From Dipteris shenzhenensis (lineage: Eukaryota): a stretch of 64,000 nucleotides of DNA. Positions 62,750 through 64,000 of the stretch are shown here, piece by piece (positions within the stretch are counted from its first letter, which is position 1; every line of letters starts with the position of its first letter). The stretch lies in NCBI GenBank assembly GCA_047967505.1, contig CM106538.1. The stretch is one strand, 5' to 3'. The notes beneath the pieces are model-generated. The model worked only from the letters and a program-made list of their open reading frames with translations, made no database searches and had not been told where the DNA came from. The position numbers and the translations under genes are program-made.

Positions 62750-63400
62750 GGTGGCGATGGAGGGAGGGAGGAAAGTGCCGCGGTTTCTCACCTCCAGGAA
62801 CCTTAAGTTGAGACAATCCATCGAACGACCTAAGGAAGTTCAGATTATGGTTACTTTTCCTTTGGACATAGTGCATATGATGGATGCAACAAAGGAGGGC
62901 TTTAGATCGACACACATTATTGGTTTCAAGCCTGCTGGCAAAGGTCAGCAGCTCTGTGATTGGCTATACACTAGTATGGCAACATTGCGTGTGACCGCCA
63001 TTGCATTCAGGTTGTTAGGTAGATGCTATTTTTTACTCGGTTTTCAAACCAATTCTTGGATAGAGTTATAGATTTGTGGTCTTGGCAGAAATGTTTCCTC
63101 ACGTCTGCCCTAGCTCGAGACACATGCTCTTGTATCTACTACTAGATGAGATCAACTCATGCTGTAGGGTTATGGACCACATGTGTTCCTTCACCAGCTG
63201 TGAGATTATCCTATGGCTAGACACGTGCTACTACGGTTCGGCATTCTTCTGTATATACACTGCCACAGCCTCTATCCACTGTACTTTCCTATTCCATAGG
63301 AGATGGAGTTCCGGTCCAGAATAGAGTGACATATGAGGGTCTTCCTTATTAGTGTCTCTTATGCCATAGAAGAGGACACTTTATCAGGGATTGCCCGAGC
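62750..63400 (+). mobile_element. L1-clade LINE ORF1 fragment
   Basis: IIGF...LCDWL...LLGRCYFLLGF (DUF4283-like) and VTYEGLPY*CLLCHRRGHFIRDCP (CX2CX4HX4C knuckle) at about 63325-63398. Confidence 0.7.
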
Positions 63401-64000
63401 AAACGACCTCACACTGGACATAACACTCCCTCCTTAGTACTCTAGCTCAACCCTCCAGAGGTGATGGGTTGAGCTCCAAGTCACACAAGCATGGGAGGCA
63501 TTCCAAAATATGAAGTTTGACTCTAGATGAGTTTTTGCAGCTAGCTCCTTGCTACTCAAAAATTTTTGCCAAGCAGCAAGACCTATGGATCCCAAAGGCA
63601 TGCTCTCAGATGCGATTATTACCAGTTGGGGGCTCGTACATCACCCAGTAAGCCTGATAGTTATTGCTATGGAATAAAATGTTTACCCATTGCTATTAGG
63701 AAATAGACTAGGGCTTAAGAGCTCAAAGTCCAAACAAACCAAGCAAAGTCCCAAGTAGCTAAAGGCTAAGCAACTACAGCCCAAGGTACTTAGAGGTCAA
63801 AGACCAACTACCGAGGGATGTTCAATCTAAACAAATGGAGATGCATATCTTGCCTGCAAATGAGATTGAAATCTTTCAGGTAGCTATAGAGATTAAACAA
63901 AATATATGAGAAGACAAGATTGAGGAGTAGAAACATTTGTACCCTAAGAATTTTTTAGAAGATGTCACAAGATGACGTGGTCTAGCCAAACCTAAGATGA

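Overview
Eukaryotic DNA, almost certainly from a land plant and probably a non-angiosperm such as a fern (inference from the TE lineages and the divergent TORNADO1 paralog). About 75% of the window is nested, decayed retrotransposons. Three Ty1/Copia elements are structurally complete, with both LTRs, PBS, PPT and TSD: A at 4126-9584 (-), B at 18513-24413 (+) and H at 49107-54501 (+). Three further pieces (C, D, E) come from one other Copia family. There are also two non-chromoviral Ty3/Gypsy remnants, two L1-type LINE fragments, a MITE and several satellites. No intact host gene is present. Four disabled non-retroelement genes stand out: (i) a spliced minus-strand gene at 1-1150 whose translation resembles the RAG1/Transib nonamer-binding and DDBD region; (ii) a PD-(D/E)xK nuclease plus protein-kinase pseudogene of the Crinkler/fungal type at about 30.8-32.7 kb; (iii) a spliced RPA1-like OB-fold gene at about 55.2-56.5 kb; and (iv) directly abutting it, a divergent TORNADO1-like LRR-Roc-COR (Roco GTPase) pseudogene at about 56.5-61.3 kb. 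All family assignments come from manual translation and remembered motifs, not from database searches.
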